Shown: positions 1 through 14,851, counted from the first letter of the stretch. The stretch is 64,000 nucleotides of DNA from Octopus bimaculoides (GCF_001194135.2 NC_068993.1:14052876-14116875), one strand, 5' to 3'. The notes: a model not told the origin generated them from the letters alone. Numbers and translations are program-made.

Positions 1-139
1 AGAAGATAAAATGCTTTATTTTATAATCGATTATTTCAATGAGTTAGCAGACTGAAAAACTATAAATATGTCTCTTCAATTTAAAAATGTAACTTCTCTT
101 TATTTTTGCTTAACGTGTAAAGAAATCTTATTTAAAAGA

Positions 140-175
<36 letters not shown>

Positions 176-1671
176 NNNNNNNNNNNNNNNNNNNNNNNNN
201 NNNNNNNNNNNNNNNNNNNNNNNNNNNNNNNNNNNNNNNNNNNNNNNNNNNNNNNNNNNNNNNNNNNNNNNNNNNNNNNNNNNNNNNNNNNNNNNNNNNN
301 NNNNNNNNNNNNNNNNNNNNNNNNNNNNNNNNNNNNNNNNNNNNNNNNNNNNNNNNNNNNNNNNNNNNNNNNNNNNNNNNNNNNNNNNNNNNNNNNNNNN
401 NNNNNNNNNNNNNNNNNNNNNNNNNNNNNNNNNNNNNNNNNNNNNNNNNNNNNNNNNNNNNNNNNNNNNNNNNNNNNNNNNNNNNNNNNNNNNNNNNNNN
501 NNNNNNNNNNNNNNNNNNNNNNNNNNNNNNNNNNNNNNNNNNNNNNNNNNNNNNNNNNNNNNNNNNNNNNNNNNNNNNNNNNNNNNNNNNNNNNNNNNNN
601 NNNNNNNNNNNNNNNNNNNNNNNNNNNNNNNNNNNNNNNNNNNNNNNNNNNNNNNNNNNNNNNNNNNNNNNNNNNNNNNNNNGTGTATATACATACACAT
701 ATGTATACATATATATACACAGAGCTATATACTATAAATGTATATTTGTATATGCATACACATATGTATGAATTTATAGATATGGTACGTATATATTCTA
801 GGTGTGTATGCATTTGTGCGTGTGTCTATGTATGTGTATGCATGATAGCGCGTGTGCAAGTATGTATATATGTGCTGTTTGCGTGTGTGGTGTATATGTG
901 AAAGACGCGTATGTACACAGATATTTAATGTCCTGGCAAGAAAAATTAATAATATAATATATAATATAGTATAAATCTTATGAGTTAGATATATTCATAA
1001 AGCAGTAAAAATCAATATGTATTACAAGGAATGTTTTTGAAAACAAAGTAAGAAAAGTACAGAACTATAATTTAAAGGATTTGGCGCAATATAGTATAAT
1101 TATCTCACTAATTACAACGTAATTGTGTTAAAAGTTGAAACTTTCTGTTGGTGTATAGTATTTTCTTTTTGTGAGAATTCTTTAAATCTAAATTTGAATA
1201 ATGTGAAAATGTCGTTGGGAAATTTCGATTTAGATGCACCAGTTCAGTTCCGATTATCAATTGCCTTTATAATGTAAATGTAAGCCAGAGAGAAATTAGC
1301 TAGTAATTTTGTAAAGAACGTATGACAATGCTAGAAATTTTATTTCATTTGGGATACTTTTGAAAAGATTCAGGCTAACGTGGAACAGGTAACGGATCTG
1401 TGTCCAGGCAACGACAGCACCTCTTGTTTGGTTATTTTTGACCAAATTTTCATACATTTTAACTGTAAAATAAAACTAAGGTGCTAATGCCATCATTGTT
1501 CTCAACGAACTATTGGAAACAAAGTTATATATTCCATACGTTATGCAAATGACACATAAGCCAACCTGCAATCGGACATGAAACGAACATAATCCATAAT
1601 AATTTAGTATTGACATAAATATAGTTTCTTCTTAATTTCCAGTATAATGTTTAAGATGATATTGCATATTT

Positions 1672-1862
1672 CAGACAACGTGATGGCAGAATGGTCATCG
1701 CGCACTTAGCCTCATATTGTCCTCCTTTAATTTCTGAGTTAAAATTCTCCCCTGGGTCGACATTGGCTTTCATCCTTTCGGACTCACTAAAACAAGCATC
1801 AGTTGAGCACTGGGTCCAATGAATTCGACTTGGGGCTTCACCGTAATTGCGAGTTTTGTGCA
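1672..1862 (+). mobile_element. SINE family A, degenerate copy
   Basis: Matches the better copies (e.g. 34900-35097): ggcagaat...cttagc...ttctgagtt(c)aaatt...gtcgac.ttg.ctttcatcctttcgg...cagttgagcactggg. Confidence 0.75.
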
Positions 1863-4659
1863 ATAATTTAAAACAGTATTATATTGTTCGGGGCTATATC
1901 TACTTATTTCTTTGACGGCTATACATTCTTGAAGTTAAAATTGCAAACCATAAAAAATAAAAGTGTCTATAAGATTTCATATGAAGAGTAAAATAAAATA
2001 AAACAATGACAAATATGATACTATAAATGTGTGACTGTATTACCAATCTATCAAGCATTATTCAATTTGAAATAACAAGTTAGAAAAGTGTGACTATTCA
2101 TGCTGCATAGGTAACATTTTGAATATAAAGAATGGCAGCTTTATTGTCAAAATCATAAACAATTGTTCATATATATATATATATATATATANNNNNNNNN
2201 NNNNNNNNNNNNNNNNNNNNNNNNNNNNNNNNNNNNNNNNNNNNNNNNNNNNNNNNNNNNNNNNNNNNNNNNNNNNNNNNNNNNNNNNNNNNNNNNNNNN
2301 NNNNNNNNNNNNNNNNNNNNNNNNNNNNNNNNNNNNNNNNNNNNNNNNNNNNNNNNNNNNNNNNNNNNNNNNNNNNNNNNNNNNNNNNNNNNNNNNNNNN
2401 NNNNNNNNNNNNNNNNNNNNNNNNNNNNNNNNNNNNNNNNNNNNNNNNNNNNNNNNNNNNNNNNNNNNNNNNNNNNNNNNNNNNNNNNNNNNNNNNNNNN
2501 NNNNNNNNNNNNNNNNNNNNNNNNNNNNNNNNNNNNNNNNNNNNNNNNNNNNNNNNNNNNNNNNNNNNNNNNNNNTATATATATATACACATCTTGGTTA
2601 AATCATAGGATTTTGTTTGTTGACTCTGCCTGCGCGACATATGTGTCAAAGAAAAATGATCACCCAGCAAGATTTATCTCTAAATTGAAGTAAATCCCAT
2701 GCTAGTAGATGCACATTAAATTATAATTTCTTTTCGACTCACAATTACTAGATTGATTTCTCGCCAAAGTTGACGCATATTGAAAAATTAAGTGCAATTT
2801 TTAATCGATTTAAACTATTACTGATAAGAACATAAAAATAACGTTTGGATGAGACAAAGTGTCTGATTAGATTATAGAAATCATTTCAATTAACTTCACA
2901 TGTTTGCGTAGCTTCACAATATCAATGAGATTATTACGTCTGTTATGGTGGTTTCTACTTCTACAGGCATAAACAATATTATAGTTAAAAGCAAGCGGTT
3001 TTAATGAGAGATTTAACTTCATTCTATGTGTATTATCTTAGAGCACAAGTGGCCACATATTTTCTTTTTATATTGAATATAATATTTCAAGAATATGGAG
3101 CTGCTCATAGATTTAGTACAGCTTCTATATGTATCATTGTTGATTAAATATGAACACATGTTTAACATCAATAACATGAAATAAGTCCAAACAGAATATA
3201 ATTCAGAACTAATAGCTTTGTAGAGGGGAATGATTAAACTGAGGAATTTGTATGCTTTGAAGGGAAATGACTTTAAATAGAGATTAAATTGAGATAAAGT
3301 ACCAATATTGTCATATTACTAACAAAATGCTTAAACGTATATTAGTGGTAGGGAACAGTAGATCTGTAAAAATATAAAAGTATAATGTTTCAGTTTATCA
3401 ATATAATACTGAATGACTAGACCAGTCGTATCAAATTCTATTTGAAATTTCCTTGGTGCCTTTTGCTGTTCTTTCTGTTGTTACATCAATATACATTCTG
3501 CAATAAACTGGGAATATAATTAGTAGTACGTTTGATCTACAATTTTATATCTTTATTAGTTTCATTAAGAGCTAATACAGAAATTGTAGATGCTTATCTG
3601 CACAACTGTAGATTCAGCACACTTAATCTAGTGCAGTGTGAGTTGGTTAAATAAATGAATTATAATTAGAGTCATATATTTTCCTGTAAAGACAAATAAC
3701 AGTTATATAAAACTAGGTAAACATGGACGGAAGCATGTGACACATTTATTGGCATAAAAACAAAATATGATGTATTTGATCGCTTTCTGTTTAAAGAGCG
3801 GTGTATTTTAGGAGCTACAAAAGTGCCAATATAATCAGTAATACAGTGCCAGGGAATGTGAACATTGAGGTGAATAGTGAACGAATAATGAATAAAGGGA
3901 GGGATTAAAATAACTTTCTATACAAAGAGACTATTGGTACATTATTTATAATGACATGGGAAATAAAGTTTTCATATTTTCGCTTTCTTATGTTTATAAA
4001 CTTATCCTTTTTAACTGCCGTCTTCCACGGTGTTATAAAACTGATGAATGTGTGAATTCACACCAATGGAACAAGTTAATAACTATGTTGACGTTATATA
4101 TGTCTAATGAGTTTAACACCTTCACTGTTCTAAAGAAAAAGCGTGAAACATTTACTTTTATCCTCGACTTTTATATGTTCTTGCTTCAATTTAAGGAAAG
4201 CAACTAGAAAATTGCAAATAAAATAATTGCAAAATATTAATATATTTTTCTTAATTATATTTTCTTTATAAAATAGAAGTAATTTATCCATTCATATATT
4301 GTGTTTTTCTTTAAAAAAAAATACGCTTCGTATAGAATTTTTTAAAAAATGAATAATGGCTTCCTGCAAAATCTTTTCAAATAACTTTCAATTCATAATT
4401 TCTTTTGAGATTTCTTGATAAATAATTGAACCAAAATGTGATTATTATTTTTCATAGAATATTAAATATACATTGGAAGAATTTCATCCTACCTCACTGA
4501 AAAGTGAAAAATATTGGAAATGAAATGATGTAATGACAATTTTATTTCGAATTCTTCCATATTTTTTATTGACTATACGCGTAGGTGCGTGTGAGTGTGA
4601 ATGTATATATGCGTGTATATAATATGATATAATATTATATAATACAATATAATATTGTA

Positions 4660-4722
4660 TCTATATATTGAGATAGATAGATAGATAGATAGATGGATAG
4701 ATAGATATAAATATACATAGAT

Positions 4723-4809
<87 letters not shown>

Positions 4810-4855
4810 GNNNNNNNNNNGATAGATGGATAGATAGATATAAATATACATAGAT

Positions 4856-4950
<95 letters not shown>
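4660..4950. repeat. (GATA)n/(GACA)n compound microsatellite, duplicated across a 10-N gap
   Basis: Seen directly. Confidence 0.95.
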
Positions 4951-5759
4951 GTATGAGTAAATGTTATGGTAACATTTTAAAGTATAGCATTTGAAATTAA
5001 TTTCGAAAATAAATAGTTGTAAATATATGAAGAAAGGTACGAGAACAAAATGCCTTTTAGAATGAAAGAAAAGAATAATTTAGGATTATGGACATAGTGT
5101 TTTATTTGGAATCTAATATAAGAAGCAATGGAAGGGAAAAAATATTCATCTATTTTTCTTTCGAATACGCCATTTAAATAGGTGCACATTTGAGATAAGG
5201 TAACCACAAAATTCGATGACATTTAAATATCAACAAGGTATTCTGAGTTATTCACACGGTTCATGATGCACCATATAATGTTGAGTACTGATGCATTATT
5301 TGAAATACTTAAAAGCAGAGGATCCTCGCTGTGAAATCGAAGTTATGACGCATTTTCGAACGCCAACTGAAACCAAAATAATTTAGTTACAATGTTCTAC
5401 TGTTATCATTTAAAATTTCATGAACGTCGTCAATAATATTTTTTTGTCCATATTAACAAATGTAATATATTCGAAATAGAAAGTAATATTAGAGAATACT
5501 AACATCTCATCTCATGAAGAGAATAATTATCCACTGAACAAGACTAAACCTCTTCCTTGATTGTGATTTCTAGAAGAAACAATTCGACTCTGCTGATGTT
5601 TATAGTTCCTTCAGTTAATGCATGAAAGCTTGTATATTAAGAGTATACCTATTTAAATAATAAAAAAAAAATACAGAACTAAGTATAGGAAAAAAGTATT
5701 GATGAAGTATTTACTGCGCCTGTATGTGTACTTCTGCCTTTTATTTAACAGAATTATAC

Positions 5760-6470
5760 ACTCTTATAATCCAGCCGTAGTTAAACAAAATCCCCGCTGT
5801 CCCCAGTAAAGCAGTTTTATGAGCATGGTCTACGCTCATATCAATGCCAATTTCTCCACCATATTTCTGAAACCTGGCTGTTAATATTCCCAATGCCCCT
5901 AGAATTATTGGTATGAGAATACTTTCTTCTATGCCCACATGCCAGCCACTAATATTTTAGTGACTTGTACTTCTCAATATTTTCTAGTATTTTTGTCATC
6001 CATTCCTAATTCCCCAGGTGAGGCAATCTCTATGATCTTGGATTCCATCATCATTTTGGCAACTACAACAATGCCATGAATCAAGCTCTGAATTACACTG
6101 GATTGTAAAATCCAACAAGATCTTATACTCATTATTCTCGGTAACAGCTAGTTCACGCTACGTTATCATGCCTCCTGGCTCACACTATGTGAGACTATTT
6201 CATTTTTTTAATTTCACATACCATATAAAGGAGTCGTTTACTAGTCTTATCTATTTGGAACTTGGTGTAACTAGTTTTCATAGCCTGTTCCTGAGCGCTG
6301 AAAATCAATGCCTCACTGCATGCTTTCAGATCAACCTTCGTTTGCCACCTCAAGTTGTTGCTCTTGTATTTCCCTTCCATCTCTCTGAAGTATTGCCCAT
6401 GCATCGCTTAACTTTCCAGTTGCCCAGTCTTTGTTCTCCATCTTGTTTCTTAAATTGTTGTATATGTGTC
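5760..6470 (-). mobile_element. Decayed 3' fragment of an R4/Dong-like non-LTR retrotransposon (zinc-knuckle region plus restriction-like endonuclease)
   Basis: Minus-strand peptides MHGQYFRE...DLKACSEALIFSAQEQAMKTSYTK and IPIILGALG...HKTALLGTAGIL match the HGQ..R / EA.I.AAQEQAL.T / P.I.GALG / LLGTA motifs of RLE-type LINEs; broken by stops and frameshifts. Confidence 0.85.
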
Positions 6471-6544
6471 ACATTCTCAATTGGTATTGTGTTGCTATTT
6501 CTAACAACAGTTATTATTATTATTACGGTACCTTGCCTGGAGAA

Positions 6545-6690
6545 ACGTTAACTCGCCGAAATAAATTATAAGTGCCATTTCGTCCGCCTTTTCTTTCTGT
6601 GTTCAAAATACTGCTGAGGTCGATAAATTAAATACCAGTTGAGAATTGGGGTTGATGTAATGCGACTATCCCCCACCCCGCTATTTTATA
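6545..6690 (+). mobile_element. SINE family A, partial with internal deletion
   Basis: gctgaggtcgataaattaaataccagttgagaattggggttgatgtaatgcgact matches the family A 3' half. Confidence 0.7.
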
Positions 6691-7159
6691 TATATTCCCT
6701 GCTCATTTTCAGGCAATATTTGGAAGCACGATTCGAGAGATAAAAGAAACATTGTGTAATATATTACAACTGCAATAGCTACCAGGTCATTTTCATTACT
6801 GATACGTTAACAAAAGCCATATCTCTTCTCGCAAGCAACCTGTCATTTTTACAGCTATCTCAATATGAAAGAATGATTAATACGTGATCAACAATTGGTC
6901 GATAAGTTTATAATATATCTATGTTCACGCTGCATTAAGGGTGTCAACGCTTCGATCTTTGCTTTCAATATTCAAATGTTTAGAAACTCTATATTTCTCA
7001 ATAACATAAAATATATTTTATATTTATTTTTCTTCTTTCAGTCCTTTCTTTCCGAGTGCATTCCATACGGTTATCTCGATTTTATAAATATTTACTCTTA
7101 TTTTCGTATTTGTTCATCCTTTTTTTTTATAACTTAGACATTATCTAGGGAGGGACGTG

Positions 7160-7678
7160 GGTGTATGTTAAGAAGATCGGTTCCCAACCATACAACTCCA
7201 GGTTCAGTCCCAGTACATGGTGCCTTGAGCACGTATCGTCTAGAATAGCCCGGGACCGATTAAAGACTTGTGAATGAATATGGCTGACGGAAACTGAAGC
7301 CCGTCTATCTCCCCTCCCCCCTCCCCCCTCTATCTCTATATATATAGACACACATATTGAGATTCCTAATATATATGAGTTTTACACAAAATTTCTTTAC
7401 GTTCTTTACAAATCAGGCGGATGGATTCTGTTTTGGTTATTTGTATGTGTATGTGTATATATAAATATGTATGTGTGTGTGTGCTTGAGGAGTGGTGTTT
7501 ACTTACGGACCCTCCTAATTTAGTGGTTCGGCAAAAAGTGACCGATAATATAATAAATACTCGGCTTATAAAACAGTAAATACTGGGATCGGCTTTTTCG
7601 ACTAAACACCTGAAGGCGGTTTACTCCAGCATGGACATAGAGCCTAATGACTAAAACAGTTAAAAGATAAAAGATAAC
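7160..7678 (+). mobile_element. Bipartite SINE C/B (tRNA/CORE-like head, internal microsatellite, 3' module)
   Basis: Head (ggttcagtccc...gacggaaactgaag) at 7160-7310, (TA)/(TG) spacer, 3' module (ggttcggcaaaaagtgaccgat...ctccagcatgg...aaagataaaagataa) at 7485-7678; same order at 62025-62545. Confidence 0.8.
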
Positions 7679-8157
7679 ATATCCGTTTCCGTTTTAGCTC
7701 ATATATTTCATATCTTAAGTAATTCTATATGGCATATGTTACGTGCGAATCCTGTGCGCCCACACGCGACTGAAAGTGAACTGATTTGAATAAATAAAGA
7801 ACTGTGTGAACTGTCGGGGCAGGTGACAGAGTTGATCGACCGTATTGGTTACTGCGCTAGTGCGGCGTGTGTTGGTTCGAGTAGTACAGAGTTCGTTTTA
7901 TGTGAACATAATAATTCTGCTATAGGCTATTTTAGATAACCACATCCAAATATTTTTGGGGATAATGCTATTTTACACCGACGCGTACACGCACGTCATA
8001 ACAGTCTGCAACCGTGAAATATTCACTACCGTCTGGGGGTGCGCAACTGTCATGTATCAGTGATCAGACTACGAGGAGACACATCGTGGTAGCAAAATAA
8101 AACGCTTCAATACACTTTTTTTCTTCAATTTATCTGCAATGCGCTGGGTTATGAAGT

Positions 8158-8600
8158 TTGTTGGACCTTTTCTCTAGAAAATCACTTCGATGTATGGAGT
8201 GTCTACCTACTATATCAGCATTATGTAATCTTTTAACATTCGGTTACTATTCTGTGTTAACCACAAATGGGAACATATTGAAGTTCTACATTGCCATTCG
8301 TGTACGGAGCTATGCGGTTTGGCATCACATTTTATTCCTGCTGTTGGTGGAATTCAAACTTAAAACTGGGTATACGGTATCAAATTAGGGCCTGAAAAGA
8401 TTCATTTACGCCGATGATCTGTGAGAATTTAATTGTGCATTGACGTTAATGCATGAAACGATAATTTTAGAAACAACGACACAAGAGATGATCTTCAACT
8501 CCTCCGAAGTAGCAAACTAAAATGCAATTACTGGAATCAATAGATTCAGTGGCTATGATAAATATTATACTTACTCTAAAACAACATTTCTAGAATTCAT
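8158..8600 (+). mobile_element. Decayed reverse transcriptase remnant, L1/Tx1-like
   Basis: FIYADDL at 8401-8421; upstream NGN..KFYIAIRVRSY...ILFLLLVEF resembles NG..S..F.I.RGVRQG.PLS..LF.L.VE; frameshifted. Confidence 0.55.
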
Positions 8601-9244
8601 TAGTTGCAGGGAGAGGAAAATCATAACGCAAACTGATCAATATCACGTTACGACAATGAATGGGGCAAAGAAAATTGTTTATCATGTCAAGACGCAAGTG
8701 CAATCGAATTTATAAATGGACAATAATGAAGTAAGTAAAACCCTGAAATTCTTATATCATAAACGTAAGTAATATGAAATACAATGTTCGTTACTACGAG
8801 CACATTATNNNNNNNNNNNNNNNNNNNNNNNNNNNNNNNNNNNNNNNNNNNNNNNNNNNNNNNNNNNNNNNNNNNNNNNNNNNNNNNNNNNNNNNNNNNN
8901 NNNNNNNNNNNNNNNNNNNNNNNNNNNNNNNNNNNNNNNNNNNNNNNNNNNNNNNNNNNNNNNNNNNNNNNNNNNNNNNNNNNNNNNNNNNNNNNNNNNN
9001 NNNNNNNNNNNNNNNNNNNNNNNNNNNNNNNNNNNNNNNNNNNNNNNNNNNNNNNNNNNNNNNNNNNNNNNNNNNNNNNNNNNNNNNNNNNNNNNNNNNN
9101 NNNNNNNNNNNNNNNNNNNNNNNNNNNNNNNNNNNNNNNNNNNNNNNNNNNNNNNNNNNNNNNNNNNNNNNNNNNNNNNNNNNNNNNNNNNNNNNNNNNN
9201 NNNNNNNNNNNNNNNNNNNNNNNNNNNNNNNNNNNNNNNNNNNN

Positions 9245-9285
<41 letters not shown>

Positions 9286-11109
9286 TGCATTATAAATATA
9301 TATGCACTACGCATATATATACACACACACACATATATATATATTAATATGTATGTGTGTGTGTTTTTCTGCATATCTCTGATTTTGTGTTACTTCGTAA
9401 ATATGAGTATGTCTGCGTGTCTTCGTGTCTGCGTGTATGCGTGTCTGCACGCTAGTACGAGTGCGCGTGCGTGTGCATGTGAGTGCGTGAATACAAATGA
9501 ACCTTAGGATTGAATCTATTCCGGCTAGTATCGTACTAACGATCGACTCCATTAGGATTTCCGTTAATTATGTTAAACCTTCCTATGAATGTCTACTTCC
9601 CTGCGTATCATAAACTCGTTACATAGCTGCCCTTAACCACCCAATGCCTGCAATTAGATATCTCCAGGGAACAATCAGAATATTCTCGATGGACTTAATT
9701 CGCCTGATATTTTCAATGAAACATTGTAGTCTGTAATAAATTTGACATGTAAACTAATATTCTGGAGTTTAAATGAGACAACCAATAAATAAAAGCCATT
9801 CAAGTTGAAATTGTAAAACATGGATTCAACACAGACACATACACACGTTCATACACACACTTACAAACTCATACACGCGCATATGTATATGCTCCGACTA
9901 ATATAAGATATTATATAACATGATATNNNNNNNNNNNNNNNNNNNNNNNNNNNNNNNNNNNNNNNNNNNNNNNNNNNNNNNNNNNNNNNNNNNNNNNNNN
10001 NNNNNNNNNNNNNNNNNNNNNNNNNNNNNNNNNNNNNNNNNNNNNNNNNNNNNNNNNNNNNNNNNNNNNNNNNNNNNNNNNNNNNNNNNNNNNNNNNNNN
10101 NNNNNNNNNNNNNNNNNNNNNNNNNNNNNNNNNNNNNNNNNNNNNNNNNNNNNNNNNNNNNNNNNNNNNNNNNNNNNNNNNNNNNNNNNNNNNNNNNNNN
10201 NNNNNNNNNNNNNNNNNNNNNNNNNNNNNNNNNNNNNNNNNNNNNNNNNNNNNNNNNNNNNNNNNNNNNNNNNNNNNNNNNNNNNNNNNNNNNNNNNNNN
10301 NNNNNNNNTAGATAGATGAATGCTTAATAAAATGGAAGTAAAATAACTTATTGATCCCGAGTCTAACTACAAAATATATCTATTGGTTTCTCTATATGAT
10401 ATTCCAATTCATTATTGATCAATTGAATTAAATTTTGAGCGTGATGTAATATGCACTCGTACCTAAATGAATTAATATATGATTTGTGTGAATCTAGATA
10501 TGAATCAATAATAATGCATTCAGCAAGGCCCTTCATTTCCCGTTCCTCCCTACTATTCTAGTGAAATATATACAAGTTGTAGTTAGTTAGGTACTCTTTG
10601 CTGCTGAATGCCCTAGTCGTCGACTTACTAACTGACTGACTGACTGTAGAGGATGGCTACAGATCGTGAGAAAGTCTGGTTGCTACGTTATATCTGCATA
10701 GGCAATGAATAGTCGACGTGTTATACATGCAACGAGATCTAAAAAGATACAAATGAAGCTTTTGGCCTTTATAACATGTCTATTTGCATATATTCATATA
10801 TTCTTTTCTTTTATATTTTTCTACGCTGCAACCTAAAAGACGTAGGGATGCTGGTTCACCGCCAGTGTAATCACCTTTTCGATAGGCATTCTTATGGGAA
10901 TGGCTTTGGGTGACGCCGCTGCCTCTTTTAGCTCCTTGCTCTGATATCTTATCGTATACACACGCACTGACACACACACGCACAGACTCACAGGGTGAGG
11001 CAGAGAGGACGGACGTTCATCTGTGACCTTGGAAATCAGGAGTTCGTGTTGTTTGTTTGAAACGTCTATGCCGATTCAATAAAGATCTCTTAGATGTCTT
11101 GGGAAGGCA

Positions 11110-11410
11110 TTTAATTCCAAGCTGTTGCAGTTCCTAGTTCTCATTCTAGACGGTATAGCTGGGACATGTAGAACAGTGCAGTGACGTGCATTTCGGAGGC
11201 TGTTATATCTCTTGATGTCAAAGTTTGGTGATAATCATACCAAAGTATTCAATACTTATACCACTGCATACCCCTCCCATTTTCGCTCCAGCGAATAGAG
11301 TGATAGCTCTTTCAGTCTCTCCCAGTAGCTCAGCTGTTCCAATGAAGCACACTTCCTGGTGTAGCGCCGTTGAACTGCCTTAATTTCGCTATTAATTTGA
11401 CACTGTTGGA
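11110..11410 (-). mobile_element. CR1-like LINE 3' fragment
   Basis: EIKAVQRRYTRKCASLEQLSYWERLKELSLYSLER matches the CR1-clade C-terminal motif (LE.VQRR.T...LSYWERL..L.LYSLERRR). Confidence 0.85.
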
Positions 11411-11439
11411 TGACCACAGTTGAGAGCAGTAGTCCAGAG

Positions 11440-11632
11440 GCAGTCGCAGGGCACCTGTCTATGCGCCTAAGCCCCCCTCCCCCGTTGGATGATTTGAAGG
11501 AAGTTATTCGCGTAGAAGTCATTCTAATCGACGGAGCAATGCCGGAGAGGGTGGTTGCCAACTTCCAAGCACGTCTTCAGAATTGAATCTATTAAAACGG
11601 GCACCACATGATGGATGCTGTTTTCCACACGT
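11440..11632 (+). mobile_element. Tc1-like transposase C-terminal remnant
   Basis: Translates to DDLKEVIRVEVILIDGAMPERVVANFQARLQN*IY*NGHHMMDAVFHT, matching the ..L.RV..NF..RLQ.CI..NG.HL.DVIF.T ending. Confidence 0.7.
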
Positions 11633-13483
11633 ACTTTTGACAAATGCTAATTCAGTACAAATACATTTATAGCAATGAAATGTGTTTGCATCTGAAATTA
11701 ATGATTTCGGGAATTTTTCAAAAACGCCCGTTCTCTCTGCCCCATCCTGTGTGTTTCTGCGTGTGTGTGTGTGTGTGGCTGTGTGTGTATACGTTAAAAT
11801 ATCTAGCTCTTCTAAGTACGCAGTAGTATATTTGAACGAAATTATCTCATCGTTGATGTTTTCGCCAACTGAGAATGTCTCATCTATTCAAGCAAACACA
11901 TGATTCATCGGTGAACCACAGTATATATTGATTTCAAAATAACGCGATTTTTCTGCCTAATTGTGCGATAAATCTCGCAATATGACCTAATTCTGTGACA
12001 AATCGCGCAATAGGAAACAGGCGATATGCATAGAATATCATCAAATACTAAATATAATAAACCCCAAAAAAGAAATGATAGCCAAGATTAAAATTTGGAT
12101 TGAATGATGTGATTATGATGCACGTGATAATGTCTCATAATATGTAAAACTCCATCATAATAAGGCAATGGCAACGAATCAACATGAATCAGACTCTAAA
12201 ATAACTATTAAAGAAAGAATAATAAGTAATAAATTTAAGCGGATTTTCGTCTAAAATATGTATATTATTCTACTCAGAACTTCACATTTTGATAAATGAT
12301 AGCATTTCTGATCCGAAAGTAGTCGCGACCATTACTTCATATTAAATAAATTGATATCAATTATATGCAGCAGCCTGTTTAGAGAGCGATAGTAAAAGGA
12401 AAAGTAGGAGAGCAACTGGGATATATGCAAAGATAGGCAGAAGCCAACAATAACAGGAATAAAAAAAGTTCAGGAGAAAAGAGAGAGATGTCGAATTTAC
12501 AATACTAAATTTCATTTAAGATATTAGAATGGCAATGCGTTAATTGGCTACATGGGAAGAGGTTTAGTAATATAAGTGGATGCAGAAGGAGAGAAATACA
12601 TATATCTTCCTTATATATTGAGAGTAAAGTGACTAAAGAAATAAATCTTGCGGCTAAAATTACACCGAAATTCCTACTTGTATTGAAAGTCAAATGTCAA
12701 AATATGTATGCAGATCTAGACAAAATGGAAATTACAACCAAGCATGTGCGAAGTGTGGTGTAGATTATTTAATATGACGGTCTATAATAACTTCATATTT
12801 ATGTTACATTTTACTTAGGATTTTTTACATGCATGTATTAAAATTCTGCGAATATGTCAAATGAAATTGTTAATAACCGATAGAAAATATTCAATAAACG
12901 ATATTGCCATATCATTTCCAAAAGGAAATATCCGAATCTCTTCAATGTTTTATAGATAAATAAAAATAAAATGCTGCAACGTTTATTCCAATGGTGTATT
13001 AAAATTATTTTGATAAACTTTGAAATTTGTAATACGATGTTATGTAATAAGGTTATTTTTTAAAATGTTTTATTTCATTTGCTTTTAATCCAGTTGGAAG
13101 ATAATTGATTTTACAAATTGAAAACTTTTGCTGACGTATACCGACACCATGCCTTCTTATACTTACATACACACTCACACACACAAGCACGCAAGTGCAT
13201 ATATACAACCACTCATAGATTTAGTAATGATGTATAAATGAAGATGATAGATAGAATATAGATAAAAATTAATATGTTTAGCCTTACATTTTAAAGTTTG
13301 CTTTAAATGTATACGTTATGAACGTGTGATACTGTGTGGATGTATCTTTATGCGTATATGCGCTTGAGTATATGTGTGCATGTGTGTGGCTCTGTGTGCT
13401 CGAATCAGTGCAAATGGTTTTATGTGATGTATGTATGACCGAGTTGGAATGTATCTGCCTATGTTTACACTGACACACACATA

Positions 13484-13620
13484 TACGTATACAAGGTCTG
13501 ATCAAAACGTTTCAGTTTCTTTTGAAACTAAACTAAAACAAGTATCAATTCGTTACTTAAAGTCATTCGAAGTCTACGCCTTCTAAATCCATACACGTCA
13601 TTTGTATCACTCTACAATAT
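13484..13620 (+). mobile_element. Possible mariner-type terminal repeat remnant
   Basis: TA-flanked tacaaggtctgatcaaaacgttt resembles mariner TIR starts; no partner end found. Confidence 0.35.
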
Positions 13621-14851
13621 AAGGTATAATGATTTGACTGATTACTTACGGCTAATACTTATGTTATAGAGCGTCATTACTGTGTTAAAAATTCTGTGTT
13701 TTATATCTGTCATCATCTTTTGCCACAATTCTATTTCGAAGACTGCTTAGAATCCTACTCAAAAGAGCTAGTGAATTCTTTTGTTATAATGTGTTCAGGG
13801 ATCGGTTAGAATTACTACGTGGGACTGATGCATGGCTTTCTGGAACAAACTGATTATGTTCAACTTCTCATTGAATTGGTTTTGATATTTATTGCCTTGA
13901 AATCAATTATATTATGAATTCCATCATGGCGTGTTGAATTGAATAAAATCTATTTTGTCATCCAAGCCAGCTTCTGTGATGGTGAACACCTTTAAATCTT
14001 TCTCGGTTTGACATTTGGAGAGTGAAGAATAATTTTACGACTGTCATCTGAGTCGAGCGGGAAGCGGCTGCATGGTTTGAGTTTTGGCACCCTTTGACGT
14101 ATAAATGGTGAAGTTATGACTTGTTCTTTGTTATTCAAACAATTGGTGTTGGAATGCAGCACGGGTACATATACATACATACATACATACACACATACAC
14201 ATATATATANNNNNNNNNNNNNNNNNNNNNNNNNNNNNNNNNNNNNNNNNNNNNNNNNNNNNNNNNNNNNNNNNNNNNNNNNNNNNNNNNNNNNNNNNNN
14301 NNNNNNNNNNNNNNNNNNNNNNNNNNNNNNNNNNNNNNNNNNNNNNNNNNNNNNNNNNNNNNNNNNNNNNNNNNNNNNNNNNNNNNNNNNNNNNNNNNNN
14401 NNTATATATATATATATATATATATTCGGAAACAAACAAAAATGTATTGCTATACGTACAGCACATAATATATCCTTCCGTTGACTGTCAAAAAAAAAAA
14501 AGAAAGAAAACGAAAGAAATTCTTCATGAATTTTATTGAACGCTTAATAAATATCTCTGTTTGTTTTTAAAATACCAAGTAGCTGGGTCACATTGGTTCA
14601 GTGCAATTACTTTTTTATTGTATTACATCAATTAAATAGTATAAGGTGTTCTACCTACAGACATAAAAGATGTTGTTGTTAGAAGTGTTACTGAATTAAT
14701 CTGGCAAATATATTGAGTGTACTAACTTACCTTTCATGAAATTAAATGACCGAAACATCAATGATCTCTGATGATACTCCAGTTTTAGTAATATTTTAGG
14801 TTTGAATATATACAGCTCAATGTGAAAGTGTATATGCATATTCATTAAGAG

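Noticed and set aside
4040-4075. CTGATGA followed by a GTGTG/CACAC hairpin
   Set aside because: No GAAA after the stem, so the hammerhead core is incomplete.
4676-4950. Near-identical GATA/GACA block on both sides of a 10-N gap
   Set aside because: Most likely an unmerged contig overlap rather than a real duplication.
7309-7330. C-rich tract as G-quadruplex
   Set aside because: Only three clear G runs on the minus strand.
12500-12700. Possible L1/Tx1 zinc-finger remnant (FKILE...SGC...E.HI); similar weak trace near 3290-3340
   Set aside because: Similarity is too weak to call by eye.
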